DNA of 64,000 nt from Malacoraja senta (taxonomy: Eukaryota): assembly GCA_038087875.1 (NCBI GenBank), contig CM075990.1, positions 12,650,001-12,714,000 on the forward strand, written 5' to 3'. The position numbers and the translations under genes are program-made. A model generated the notes under the pieces. It worked only from the letters and a program-made list of their open reading frames with translations. It ran no database searches and was not told the origin of the DNA. Below, in pieces: positions 12,565 through 24,496 of the stretch (positions are counted from its first letter, which is position 1; each line of letters starts with the position of its first letter).

Positions 12565-12878
12565 GGGCTGTCCCACTGTACGAGCTAATTCAAGAGTTCT
12601 CCCGAGTTTCCCCTGATTCGAACTTGGAGAATTACGGTAATAGCCGCTCGTAGGTACTCGGGGCTCGTGGACATTTTTCAACATGTTGAAAAATCTTCAC
12701 GAGTCTTTCTCGAGCTTACCGCATTTCCCGAGTACCTGCCGTTAGCGTTACGAGCCGCTAAGAGACGTCCCCGAGCTCCGACGTACCCGCTACGTACATT
12801 CTATGTGCTTACCATGAGTTTGATTTTTTTTTAAACTTGGGAGAGCTCTTGAATTAGCTCGTACAGTGGGACAGCCCC
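12565..12878. mobile_element. MITE, same family, opposite orientation
   Basis: TIR GGGGCTGTCCCACTGTACGAGCTAATTCAAGAG / CTCTTGAATTAGCTCGTACAGTGGGACAGCCCC; TAA flanks. Confidence 0.82.
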
Positions 12879-13243
12879 TTAACAGCAAGAAGACAGAGCC
12901 ACCCAGATACTCTCAATGACCTAAACCCACTGCATGTGCCGATCTCTCTCCCAACAGAGTCTCGGACTCCACCGCTGATGCAGTGCTTGTCTGATCGACT
13001 CGGTTGCACTCTGCATTTTGTCATCCAGCACTTTGATGACTGTGAACCTGTGCAGGACTAAGAGCGAGTCTAGACTCCACAAACAGCACAAAACTTCCTG
13101 GTAAACGCCAGATGATATCTCCAGCAAGGAAAGTTGCATTGTTATGAGCAGGAAGGAACTGCAGATGCTGGTTTACACTGAAGGTAGACATACAATGCTG
13201 GAGTAGCTCAGCAGGTCAGGCAGTATCTCTGGAGAAAAGTAAT

Positions 13244-13278
13244 AGGTGACGTTTCGGGTTGGAACCCTTCTTCAGACT
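13244..13278 (-). ncRNA. Putative minimal hammerhead ribozyme
   Basis: Minus strand GT-CTGAAGA-A-GGGTT-CC-AACCC-GAAAC-GTC-ACCT; compensatory T-A in stem II. Confidence 0.62.
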
Positions 13279-13541
13279 GAAGAAGGGTTCTGACCCAAAA
13301 CATTGCCTATTCCTTTTCTCTAAAGATGCTGCCTGACCTGCTGAGTTACTCCAGCATTGTGTGTCTATCTTGCATTGTTCTGAACTGTGTGTCTGATATC
13401 CAGAGGTAATTGCATGGGGACTTTATATTTGCTCCCTTTAAACAGGAAGTTGGGTGACTGTATGATGCCTTTAGTTATCACTGTGAAGGTAGAACGATTC
13501 CAGATGATGAGACTCATCGTTGATTCTTCTTTTCTCTTTAG

Positions 13542-13655
13542 CTCATTCTCCTGGCCTATGACCTGGGTCAGCCCGTTCCCTACGAGACCACACAGCTCCT
13601 GCAGGTGGCCCTGGATGACATCGATGACAACGAGCCACTCTTCCTCAAACCACCC
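13542..13655 (+). CDS. CDH23: Cadherin-23 exon 56
   Basis: tag|CTCATT...CCACCC|gtaag, 114 nt; LILLAYDLGQPVPYETTQLLQVALDDIDDNEPLFLKPP. Confidence 0.95.
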
Positions 13656-14451
13656 GTAAGGACAGTTCAGTGAACGAACCCAATCTGAACTCGTAGTTGG
13701 GTTCTGCAAACGCAGCCCGTTGTGCAGGGAAATTCTTGCTTCGGTTTAGTTCATGATCAGGTGCACCGAGATACAGTGAAAAGCTTTAGTTGGCCATTCA
13801 GCCCATCATTCCTGAGACGACTCCAAGATTAAAGTTAGTCCAAGTCGGTCTCCCCAGCCCTGCACTTACCCCTTCTGCCATCCTTCCAGGCAGTGTGTAC
13901 CTGGACGCAGCAGCTAGCTGAGAAAGATTCTTCTCAACTCTCCTCTGACCTGTTAGTTTGCCTGATATCTTAAAACTGCATCCTTTTCAAAGGCTGCATG
14001 CTTTGAGCTGCTCCGTTGCATCACCCAGAGTAAGTGGAAAGCATCTTCCCTTCATCTCCTTTGTCCCAAGGAGAACAATCGGACTTCTCTGAAAGCAATA
14101 AAGACGTGACTTCACTGAGATGGCGGAGCTGAGCGAAGCCGAGTTGTGGTTTCCCAGAGCTCGTTAGAAACGCTCGGATGATTTAGTGCCGTGCGGTGAC
14201 AGGGTTATGTGACATGAATCAAGTTTTTATGTTTATATTTTTCACGTGAAATGAGACAATGAGACAGGGCAAGAAGGGAGGTGGGAGTGACACGTCAGGG
14301 AGGTAACGATTGATGAGTGATCTGGAGACATGAACGGCAAGGCTGAACATCTGATGAAGACAGTGTCAGATTGCTGCAACAAACGTTGACCTTTACTGGC
14401 TCTGCAATCAAACAGCATAAGTCAGTGAACAGGGACTCTGCAATGGACTGC

Positions 14452-14768
14452 ATGGTGGCGCAGCGGTAGAGTTGCTGCCTCACAGCGCTTGCAGACCCGG
14501 GTTCGATCCCGTCTAAGGGTTCTGTCTGTACGGAGTTTGTACCTTCTCCCCGTGACCGCGTGGGTTTTCTCCGAGATCTTCGGTTTCCTCCCACACTCCA
14601 AAGACGTGCAGGTTTGTAGGTTAATTGGCTTGGTATAAAAAATGTAAATTGTCCCTAGTGTGTGTAGGATAGTGTTAGTGTGCGAGGATCGCTGGTAGGT
14701 GCGGACCTGGTGGGCCGAAGGGCCTGTTTCCGTGCTGTATCTCGAAACTAAATTAAACTAAACTAAAT
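14452..14768 (+). mobile_element. V-SINE (HE1-like)
   Basis: Same family, full length. Confidence 0.87.
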
Positions 14769-15344
14769 TGGGCTACATACGGATCGATTTCTGAAAGCTC
14801 TATTATATGCTGGATCAACTATTAATTTTTCTTCCCATATTTAGAGGAGCTTTGCATCTCCAATGGAAATTGTTCCTTTTTACCCTATTACCTGGGGTAC
14901 AGCGGTGCAGTGGTTAAGTTGTCAGTCTGAGTTCTGCACCATTGACCCAGGGATGCAAGTTCAAATCCCACCACGGCCACTGAGCAATTTGAGTTCAAGT
15001 ACTTAAATAAAGCATAGAATTCTGAAGCATGCAGCTAGACAGAGTAACAGTTGCTTTGAAATTGCTGGGTTAGAATAAAAGCTCAGAATAACAGCTCAGC
15101 CTCGTAGGATTCAACAGAGGAGACATTTCTTCGCTCAGTGGGAATGTGAATCTTCAGAGTTCTCTCGCCCAGGAACCTGTGCATGCTCAAGCCTCCAGGC
15201 CCATTTGTCGGGAACATGGAGAATATGGCAGATGGTGGGAAGGTGGAGTTGATGCGGAGGACGACTCACTGTCTTAGTGAACGGGGAGGGATGGTACAGG
15301 AAGCTGAATTGCTTCCTCCTATTCCTATTCCTTTTACCTTTCAG

Positions 15345-15655
15345 AGATTTTATTATTTATTTTTTTAATTTACATTTTTAAATTTTTATTTATTAGAAGT
15401 ACATTACATTACAACCAATTACATTAGTACTCGCCACGTATATCTTATTATAATTAATGTACTCCGTCATTTTTTACACTAATAGAAGGGAAAGGATGAG
15501 ATTGAGAGAAAGGAGAAAGTGAAGGAAAATAGTGAAAGTGTAAAAAACGTGACAACATGAAATAACAGAGACCCTGTAGAAAGAAATTTAAAAAAAGAAT
15601 TAAGAGATAGACCCTAAAGAAGAAGAAGAAAGAGAAAGAGGGAAAAGAGAAAAAC
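15345..15655 (-). mobile_element. L1 3'UTR/tail fragment
   Basis: TTTATTAGAAGTACATT end and purine-rich body match the reverse complement of the L1 tail at 27400-27780; similar piece at about 35470-35745. Confidence 0.6.
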
Positions 15656-16351
15656 CTTTCAGAGATTTCACACATTGAAACATGTCTTTATCATTCCTGT
15701 CGTAGCAAATTGCAAAGGTGTTTCAAATAAAAAGAGATGAATGGAAGAAGTATGAAATCTTTCAAAGAAAGGATGTCCATCATCTTATTAAATCCATAAA
15801 ACATTTCATAGAACACTGAAAAGTACAGATTTTGGAATTATTTAAGAAAATATACAAGTGAAAGAAAATTAGAAAATATTTTCAAAATGCAGAGACCAAC
15901 ATGAACTTTATTGTAAGCATTAGTCAAACAGTGTCCTTTGGCCCAACTTGCCCACAGCGACCAACATGCCCCACCTGCCTGCGTTTGGCCCATATCCCTC
16001 TAAACCTGTCCTATCCATGTACCTGTCTAAATGTTTTTTTTTTATTACAATAGTACCTGCTTCAACTACCCCGTCTGGCAGCTCGTTCCATGCACCCAGC
16101 ACCCTTTGTGTGAAAAAGTAACCCTCGCCTTAAACTTATGTCCTCTGGTTCTCGATTTCCTTAATCTGGACGAGAGTCTCTGTGCGTCTGCCCGATCTAT
16201 TCCTCTCATGATTTTATGCACCTCTATAAGATCACCCCTCACCCTCCGCGCTCCAAGGAATAGAGTCCTCGAACACGAGAGGATGTTTCACTTTCAGATA
16301 TTCTCACTGGCTTGATCTCTCTAACCTGCTGTGGTGTCCATCTTTTGTTAG

Positions 16352-16478
16352 AGAAGTTCGCAGTACCAGCGCCTCTTTGTGGCTGAGCACTCTGACCCTG
16401 CCACAGTCGTGGGGAATGTGACCGGAGCCATCGATGCGGATGAGGGGCCCAATGCCGTGGTCTACTACTTCATAGCAG
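16352..16478 (+). CDS. CDH23: Cadherin-23 exon 57
   Basis: tag|AGAAGT...GCAG|gtggg, 127 nt; RSSQYQRLFVAEHSDPATVVGNVTGAIDADEGPNAVVYYFIA. Confidence 0.93.
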
Positions 16479-16792
16479 GTGGGTTCCCAGCCAGTTGAGG
16501 TGTGCCTCATCATCTGTGTGAATCTTGTGTATTATGTCCAACTCCATCTGCAACTCTCCCTTCTTCTACTGATCTGACTGCACGGATCCTTGACCTGCTT
16601 TTTCATCACCCGTTCCTTCTCTCCAGAGATGCTGCCTGTCCCGCTGAGTTGCTCCAGCATTTTGTGGCTATCTTCGGTGTAAACCAGCATCTTCCTACCT
16701 ACAAACCTTCCTACAAACCTCTCAGTGTCTACTGAAATGGCCAAGGAAGGGGGCAATTAAGGTGGACAATAAATGTTGCCCTTGCAACTTTA

Positions 16793-17075
16793 AAGGGGAG
16801 GCCATTTAAAACTGAGATGGGGAAAAACTTTTTCACCCAGAGAGTTGTGAATTTGTGGAATTCTCTGCCACAGAAGGCAGTGGAGCCCAATTCACTGGAT
16901 GAAGTGAAAAGAGTTAGATAGAGCTCTAGGGACTAGCGGAATCAAGGGATATGGGGAGAAGGCAGGCACGGGTTACTGATTGTGGATGAACAGCCATGAT
17001 TACAATGAATGGCGGTGCTGGCTGGAAGGGCCAAATGGTCTCCTCCTGCACCTATGTTCTATGTTTCTCTGTTTC
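16793..17075 (+). mobile_element. CR1 LINE 3' end
   Basis: GAGAGTTGTGAATTTGTGGAATTCTCTGCCACAGAAGG...CTCCTGCACCTATGTTCTATGTTTCT tail. Confidence 0.82.
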
Positions 17076-18256
17076 TGTGCCAGGAACGGGTTAATGAAGG
17101 AACAAATGAAAATTCAACGTTTTGCTAATCCTTGCAGACTGAATGCGAACACATAATAATTAAAATCATCATTCCCTTCCCCATAATCACACTATGACCT
17201 TGCCTGCCTTACTTATGCAATGTCCCCCTACCCTATACAACACAGGATGCCATGTTCATATAACCCCTCTCTGTCCCCCGCCAGTAATTCTAATGCCTTT
17301 GACCACATGGTCTGGAACTTCAAATCCCAATCTCAGCCAATTTGTCAATCACATCCTTAATCTACAATTCCTGCCATTGTGTTCATTTCCATGTGCCGGG
17401 AAATTCTTTCAAGATTAAATCAATGATGTTGTTATCTTTGAGCATACGCCTTGCTTCTGTACCTTCACCTTCAATCTCTTCTTTCAACTCCAGAGGAGTG
17501 TCTCTGTCATAAAACTCTTTCCATTGTTACACCATTGACTGCTGGGTTATCAATTTGTTAAAGCATTGTGGAAACAACTGCTTAATCTATACAGGCGATA
17601 AGCAGATGAGTTATGTTGGGTTTGAGTTCAACTCTCCAGAATCAGCCTATAACCTTTCAGTATAATAAAGATTTAACTCCGGGTTATGAAGCAACATGGC
17701 TAAAAACCATGAGGCCAATATAAAGAAAAAAATATTGTAATTTCTTTCTTTGAATTTTGACTTTCGGTTGTTAAGAATAAATGAATATGGGAGAAAAATG
17801 TCCGCATGACTGGGAAGACCCTTCCAATTGCGTAATGACACAAAGGCAGCTTCAAATTAATGTGGGAAGACAGAGCTGAAACGAAACATATATCCGGCAT
17901 CCCAAAGACATGGACGTTGGGAGGTTAATTGGCCACTGTAAATTGTCCCACAGTGTAGGTGTGTGGTGGAACGGGGAAGATGCTGGGAATGCGGTGATTC
18001 TGAACTAGTGTAAGCGGATGTGGTTAATGCAGGTGGGTGCTTGATGGTCAGCATCGATGGTGGAACCTTGGGGCTCTCTGGGCAGTTGGAGACTTTAGTA
18101 ACAAAAGCTCTCACAACCAGAGTTGGCAAGCCCATATTGGTGGGGAAAATAAAGCAGGCAGCTCCCAACTTTAGAATCTGTCCTTGATGCAGCATTAGAA
18201 TATGATCTTAATGTGTTTGCATGGAAGGAAGTTCATTGAAATGTACTTCAACACAG

Positions 18257-18508
18257 CTGGAGATCCGGACAACAACTTTCATCTGAACAGGAATGGGCTT
18301 CTCAAGGTGGTGAAGGACCTGGATCGGGAAACGAACCCATTCTACACCATCATCGTCAAGGCCTCGAGCAACCGCAACTGGAGGTCTTCAAGGCAGAAGA
18401 GTCGGGTCTTTGACCCCAGCACCGACCTCACCCTCCAAGAGGTTCGGATCATCCTGGGGGACATCAATGACCAGCCACCGATATTCACCAAGTCAGAGTA
18501 CACCGCCG
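18257..18508 (+). CDS. CDH23: Cadherin-23 exon 58
   Basis: cag|CTGGA...GCCG|gtagg, 252 nt; GDPDNNFHLNRNGLLKVVKDLDRE...DINDQPPIFTKSEYTA. Confidence 0.95.
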
Positions 18509-18870
18509 GTAGGTTTCCTCACGTCTACACGTGTACGCGTTAGCGGCCGTTTGGGTAGGAGCCTCAATAGGGCAGAGATCTTTAGTTTAGTTTAGAGATA
18601 CAGCACGGAAACAGGCCCTTCGGCCCACCGAATCCACGCCGACCAGCGGTCCTGTACACTAGCATCTAGGGACATTTTTTTTACAATTTTACCAAACCAA
18701 TTAGATTATCAACCCATCCGTTTTTAGAGTGTGGGAGGAAAGCGTAACACCCGGGGGGAACTCACGGGGAGAAGGTACAAACAAATGTGTAAGCAACAGC
18801 AGTGATTAATAAGGGCGGTTACAGAAAAACTAATGGTGAGAAAACTTACATCAAATGTAGTGAGTTTTGG

Positions 18871-19627
18871 TTTTTTTTTTTTATTTTTTTTTTTTAATAT
18901 TTTTATTTTATTAGAAGTAAGTACAATTGTATACAATCATATTTTCATAATACCGTTTATGTACAGCTTCTTATTTTTTAAATTTTTTGTAATAAAGAAG
19001 AAAAAGAGAAAAGTTAGATAATGAAAAATAGAAAAATGTGAGATATATAGTGTGTGAAAAAGAAAAATAGAGAGTGAAAAAAGAAAGTTGAGACATAGAA
19101 AATAGAAGAAAGAGAGTAAAAGAAGAAAAGAGAAGAAAATAAAATAGAAGTAAGGAGATCATTTATAATCTTGACCATCCCCAGTCACGGATTAGCTTTT
19201 ACACTTGTGTTGCACCATATGTTTCCAAAAAGACGACAAATGGAGACCAACTCGTTATGAATTGGTCAAATTTATCTATTAGGAGGAATCGCATTTCCTC
19301 AAGATGTGCGGTATCCAACATACTTGCAATCCACATTTTGAGCGTTGGTATTGGTGTATTTTTCCAAAATTTCAATATTAATTTTTTTGCAATTATTAAA
19401 CCATAATTAAAAATTGACTTTTGAGATGGGTTCAATTTGTTCCCGTCTTCCATTACCCCAAATATAATCAATTCGTTATTGGGTTCCATTTTTGTCTTAA
19501 ATAATTTTGTAAATATTTTTCGAAAATATCACTCCAAAATCCATGAAGTTTTATACAAGAAACAAGAGTGTGTTATAGTTGCGTCTTGGGTTAAACATTT
19601 ATCGCAAATGGGCGATATATTGTGGTT
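18871..19627 (-). mobile_element. L1-clade LINE 3' fragment
   Basis: ORF 19199-19489 homologous to the C-terminus of the 26032 ORF (AKKLILKFWK..PIPT..W..HLEE); T-run tail on plus strand. Confidence 0.88.
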
Positions 19628-20398
19628 TTTGGTTTGATCGTACATGGAACAGTGACCAGATTTCTAGTTGTCATTTTGTAGAGGCTTGTGAGAAGGTTAT
19701 TCTAAAACTGAGAAGTTATTCGTACCAGGATACACTGAGTGCGCTGACCTCATTTTTTTCTGGCAAAGTGGCTGAGGGTGGACCAGGTAATGATAAATGA
19801 AATAGTTTAGTGTGGGAGATAGAGAGAACATTTTTCCATTTATAGGGAGTTCAAGCCCCCAGGTCACTAACATCAACAGGGAGTTTTTTGTTTTAGTTTC
19901 AAAAAGTCAAGAGTGTTTTATTGTCATATGTCCCAGATTGAACAATGAAATTCTTAAAGATACAATGGAGAAACAGGCCCTTTGGCCCAACAAATCCATG
20001 CCGACCAACGATCACCCGTACACTAGTTCTACCCGACACACTAGGGACAATTTACAGAAGCCAATTAACCTACGAACTTGCACGTCTTTGGAGTGTGGGA
20101 GGAAACCGGAGCACCTGGAAAAACCCACACTTTCACAGGGAGAGCAACTCCATACAGAAAGCTGGTCGGTGCGGCCTCATTGGGCCGAAGGGCCCGTTTG
20201 CACGCTGTATCTCTAAACTAAACTAAGATATTTCTTATCTATAATCTATACGCATCTACAAGATGATTTTCCTCATTTCCACGGCTATAAATGTCATTCC
20301 ATATACCTGCAGTTCCTTGTCTATTCAATGTCATTTGATGTTGCTTTCCTCCGATCCCATTTCTGTTGGATACTAATGGACCTGTCTCCCCACTGCAG

Positions 20399-20560
20399 GT
20401 GTTGCCACTGATGCTAAAGTGAGCTCCGAACTGATCAGAGTAAAGGCCTATGATTCTGACATTGGAAACAACAGCCTCACCTTCTATCAGATCATTAACA
20501 TCCGCTACATCAAGCAGCAGTTCAATGATTCTGAAGATGTTGGGAATGTCTTCATCATTG
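20399..20560 (+). CDS. CDH23: Cadherin-23 exon 59
   Basis: cag|GTGTT...ATTG|gtagg, 162 nt; VATDAKVSSELIRVKAYDSDIGNNSLTFY...DSEDVGNVFII. Confidence 0.95.
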
Positions 20561-21216
20561 GTAGGATCATGTGCCTCACTGTACCTTGCTGTGAAACACT
20601 AACACTGAGCATTTGATGTTACCCTATATCAATGTTAGCAGTTAACAAGTTGGTGTGTACTGCCGTTTTCAATGCTTTTAGCTCTTTTCCTTAATGTTCT
20701 ACTTCACATATGATAATTCCAGCAGCATTTCACACGGGCTCACACAAAAACAGTCGGCACCATGGAGATATTGGAAAGGGTGACCAGAGGTAGACAAAAG
20801 TGCTGGAGAAACTCAGCGGGTGCAGCAGCATCTATGGAACGAAGGAAATAGGAAACTTTTCGGGCCGAAACCCTTCTTCAGTGTTTCTCCAGCACTTTTG
20901 TCTACCTTCGATTTTCCAGCATCTGCAGTTCCTTCTTAAACAGGGTGACCAGAGGACTAGTCAAAGAAAGGTTCCCTCTCCTGAGAGAGATAATAATTGG
21001 TCATTTTGTCCACATTCATCAAAATTCTAGTATTCTCTCCGTAAACAACCCTCTGATCCACTACCAAAGCTAGGAAACTACTTCATTGACCAGATTTCTG
21101 CTCACCTAACCATGTATCACCTTTTTTGGACTTGCTGGTAATTGTTATAATGTGTCCAGGTGGAGATGCTGTTTAATCCAGAAAACGATTGTCACATCTC
21201 ATCAGATAACCTAACT

Positions 21217-21999
21217 TGGGTTGTGAGCTTGGGTTTTAAGATGGACAGTGATTTTAAATTAGATCGTCAAATAGGCGCAGTAGTTAAGTCCAGCTTCTTT
21301 CATTTAAGGCAGCTGGCAAAGGTGAAGCCCATTCTTGAACGACAGCATTTTGAAACAGTAACCCACGCCTTCATCATGTCTCGGCTGGATTACTGTAACG
21401 CACTTTATTTTGGAGTTAGCCAATCATCCCTTGCACGTCTCCAGTTGGTTCAGAATGCTGCTGCTCGCCTTTTAACTGGAACACGTAAGAGGGAGCACAT
21501 AACGCCTATTCTGGCCTCCCTCCCTCCACTGGCTGCCTGTGTACTTTAGAGTTCGTTTTAAGATTCTTTTATTTGTTTTTAAATCTTTAAATGGTCTCGC
21601 CTCGCCTTACCTCTCTGAGCTGCTTCATCCCTACGCTCCTGCTCAGTGCCTCAGGTCAACTGATCAGCTGCTCCTGGAGGTACCGAGGTCTAAGTGGAAG
21701 CTCAGAGGGGATAGAGCCTTCTCTGTTGCTGCTCCGACATTATGGAACTCTCTACCTTTGCACATTAGACAGGCCACTTCAGTGTCCATTTTCAAAACTA
21801 GTCTTAAAACCCTTTTCTATTCCTTGGCTTTTGACCCTGCATGAGACTTTGTTCCTGTTTTAGTGTTTTTTATTGCTTTTACTGTCTTTTAATGTTTTTG
21901 TTGTTTTGTGTTATGTTTGTGGTTGGTCATGTACAGCACTTTGTTGCAACAGTGGTTGCTTTTAAAGTGTCTATAAATAAAGTTATTATTATTATTATT
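21217..21999 (+). mobile_element. L2-clade LINE 3' fragment
   Basis: SRLDYCN, LQLVQNAAARLL, HITPIL, HWLP, GDRAFSVAAP.LWNSLP motifs; frameshift at a CTCC duplication near 21520; (TTA)n tail. Confidence 0.92.
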
Positions 22000-22801
22000 G
22001 TAACTGCAAGCAATGTGGAGGTGGCAGAGTTCCAGAAACCATCCTGCTCTTTGCGACTTCATTGTTCATACAACACGCCTTAGTTGTCAAATGGAAAGAT
22101 ACGCAGAAGTGAACCTATTTTCACAGAAAATAAGAAACCCTGTGATGTAAACTGCACCCTCTCCCATCTTTGTTATTCTATTCAGGGTCAACTTGATATG
22201 CGATTAGTGAGTGTGGTATTGACATTCCCTTCATTGTTGGATTATCAGACCTTTCATCAGGGGAGTGGGATTCCAGTCCATCAGGTTCATGGTGGCCAAC
22301 AATGGGCCTGGTTCATCTCATTTCCCACCTATTGGTTCACAACCCTACCCAAAGAGACCTGGTGCCCCTGTACTTCATCCAAGTACTATTTACTCCAGAT
22401 GGTTTCATTATCTATCATTCAGTGAATCGCCGACGAATACCATCTTCAATTCCCATGTAATCCCTCTACCAGTCAGATGCAGTAGGGGCATCTAAGAGGC
22501 TTTTAGATCGTATTATAAATATGCAGGGAACAAGGGGATGTGGGTCACATGCAAGCAGGGAGATCAACCTGGCATCATGTACAGCACCGACATTGTGGGC
22601 CGAAGAGCCTGTTCCTGTGCTGTACTCTTCTATGTTCAATCATTTTAACCTGGGCCCCTCTAGCTACTGACAAAAGGGAACTGGCCCTTTGTGTCCACCA
22701 TCCGTAGGCCTTGCAGATCCCATCATTTTGATGATGAAAGACATTGGAACAGTTGCTGAAGAATCCCATGTGTTAAACGTGTAATCCTTGACCATTTGCA
22801 G

Positions 22802-23058
22802 GGGAGAATGATGGTATTGTGAGGACGTTTGACCTCTTCACAGCCTACAGTCCTGGGTATTTCCTGGTGGACATCATGGCGTCAGACCTGGCCGGGCATA
22901 ACGACACGTCAGTGATCGGCATTTACATCCTGAGGGATGACCAGCGAGTCAAGATTGTCATCAACGAAATCCCCGAGAGGGTGCGGGAGTTTGGCGAACA
23001 ATTCATTAAGTTGCTTTCCAACATCACTGGAGCCATCGTCAACACGGATGATGTGCAG
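22802..23058 (+). CDS. CDH23: Cadherin-23 exon 60
   Basis: cag|GGGAG...GTGCAG|gtaag, 257 nt; ENDGIVRTFDLFTAYSPGYF...LRDDQRVKIVINEIPE...GAIVNTDDVQ. Confidence 0.95.
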
Positions 23059-23182
23059 GTAAGTTCCCCCACTCTGGCCAAGAGATTCTGTGCCTCTTCC
23101 CAATTTATTCCTCTCATACAGCTGATGTGTAAATCACGCGTCAATTCTCCATCGCTGAACCGCTGCGTGTTTGTATTTACAG

Positions 23183-23280
23183 TTTCATGTCGATCAAAAG
23201 GGCCGGGTGAATTTTGCCCAAACCGATGTGCTGATCCATGTGGTGCACAAGGAATCCAACCGCATCTTGGATGTCGAGCG
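23183..23280 (+). CDS. CDH23: Cadherin-23 exon 61
   Basis: cag|TTTCAT...GAGCG|gtgagt, 98 nt; FHVDQKGRVNFAQTDVLIHVVHKESNRILDVE. Confidence 0.95.
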
Positions 23281-23404
23281 GTGAGTCCTCAACTAGACAT
23301 CAGTCTTTTCCACTGCTGTAAAGTGTCAAAACTTGCCAATCCCCTCTGGCCCTGATAGCTCCCAACGTTTACTGTGTGTACCATGCAGGAAAAAACCCTC
23401 GAAA

Positions 23405-23768
23405 ATGGTGTCTGAAACGGGCTGGGAAGATCATTAAAGACCCCTCCCGCCCCAACCATGGACTGTTTGCCCTCCTCCCATCAGGGAGGCGGTACAGGAG
23501 CCTCAGGTCTCGTACCAGTAGGATGAGGAACAGCTTCTACAATTATACCGTCGCATTGCTGAACTCGGAGTCCCACCGATAGATTCCTCCGGTCCCTCTG
23601 TCCCCATTGTTAATTATTCTGTATTTTTGATTATTCTGTATCCTCTTTTTTTTTAAATTTCTATATTGCACTACAACTACGGACTGACGCAAAACTGCAT
23701 TTCGTTGTACCCATACTCAGTATTTGTGCAATGACATTAAAGTTGAATTGAATTGAATTGAATTGAAT
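23405..23768 (+). mobile_element. Rex1/Babar-like LINE 3' end with (ATTGA)n tail
   Basis: KIIKDPSRPNHGLFALLPSGRRYRSLRSRTSRMRNSF; related fragments at 8289-8590 (-) and 49220-49680 (+). Confidence 0.8.
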
Positions 23769-24353
23769 TAACTGAGATTTGAGGGCATTTCCATAATTCC
23801 TTACAATGTGGCAAGCCGTTTGGCCCATTGAGTCAATGCCAGCTCACTGATTTTCTCCGTGACCTGTTCTTCTCATATCCCCATCAATTTTACCACCCAC
23901 CTGTACTAATTGTATATGTAGCCTTTAGAGACACAGCGCGGAAACAGATCCTTCAGCCCACCGAGTACTTTTACAGCGTTTTCTGTTTTGTTTTTATATT
24001 TCCAGCATCTGCATTCTTTGGTTTGCATTTACATCGCACTTTTAATGTAGTGAAATAAATCTAAGGTTTTGTACTACATCGGGGAATAAGAGTACAATGG
24101 TCACAGCACAGTGGTTTAGTCATTTCTGGAGACCTCGATTCTGCGCTGCTCTGGAGATCCTCCTCAGCAGTTGGGGAATTTAATCCATCCAATTTAAGAG
24201 ACTTTTGAATAGACACATTATGTGGGGAATGGAGGGATATGGATTTTGCACGTTACTAATGTTGCATCTCATGGATTTGCACAAGGAAACTGAGAATGCT
24301 TATTCCGTTTCATTGTCCACTTTTACCAAGCTCACCGTACTCTTCCGTTGCAG

Positions 24354-24474
24354 AGTAATACAAATGATTGATGAAAATAAGGAACAACTAAGGAATCTGT
24401 TCCGGAATTACAATGTCCTCGATGTCCAGCCCGCTGTGACTGTCAGAGCAGCTCATGATATGACATCCTTACAG
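24354..24474 (+). CDS. CDH23: Cadherin-23 exon 62
   Basis: cag|AGTA...TTACAG|gtaat, 121 nt; VIQMIDENKEQLRNLFRNYNVLDVQPAVTVRAAHDMTSLQ. Confidence 0.95.
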
Positions 24475-24496
24475 GTAATGCATCATTGGCTGGCTT

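Noticed and set aside
22819..23355. 178-aa ORF running through the 124-nt intron 60
   Set aside because: Canonical GT-AG sites restore CDH23 homology in another frame; read-through sequence has no similarity.
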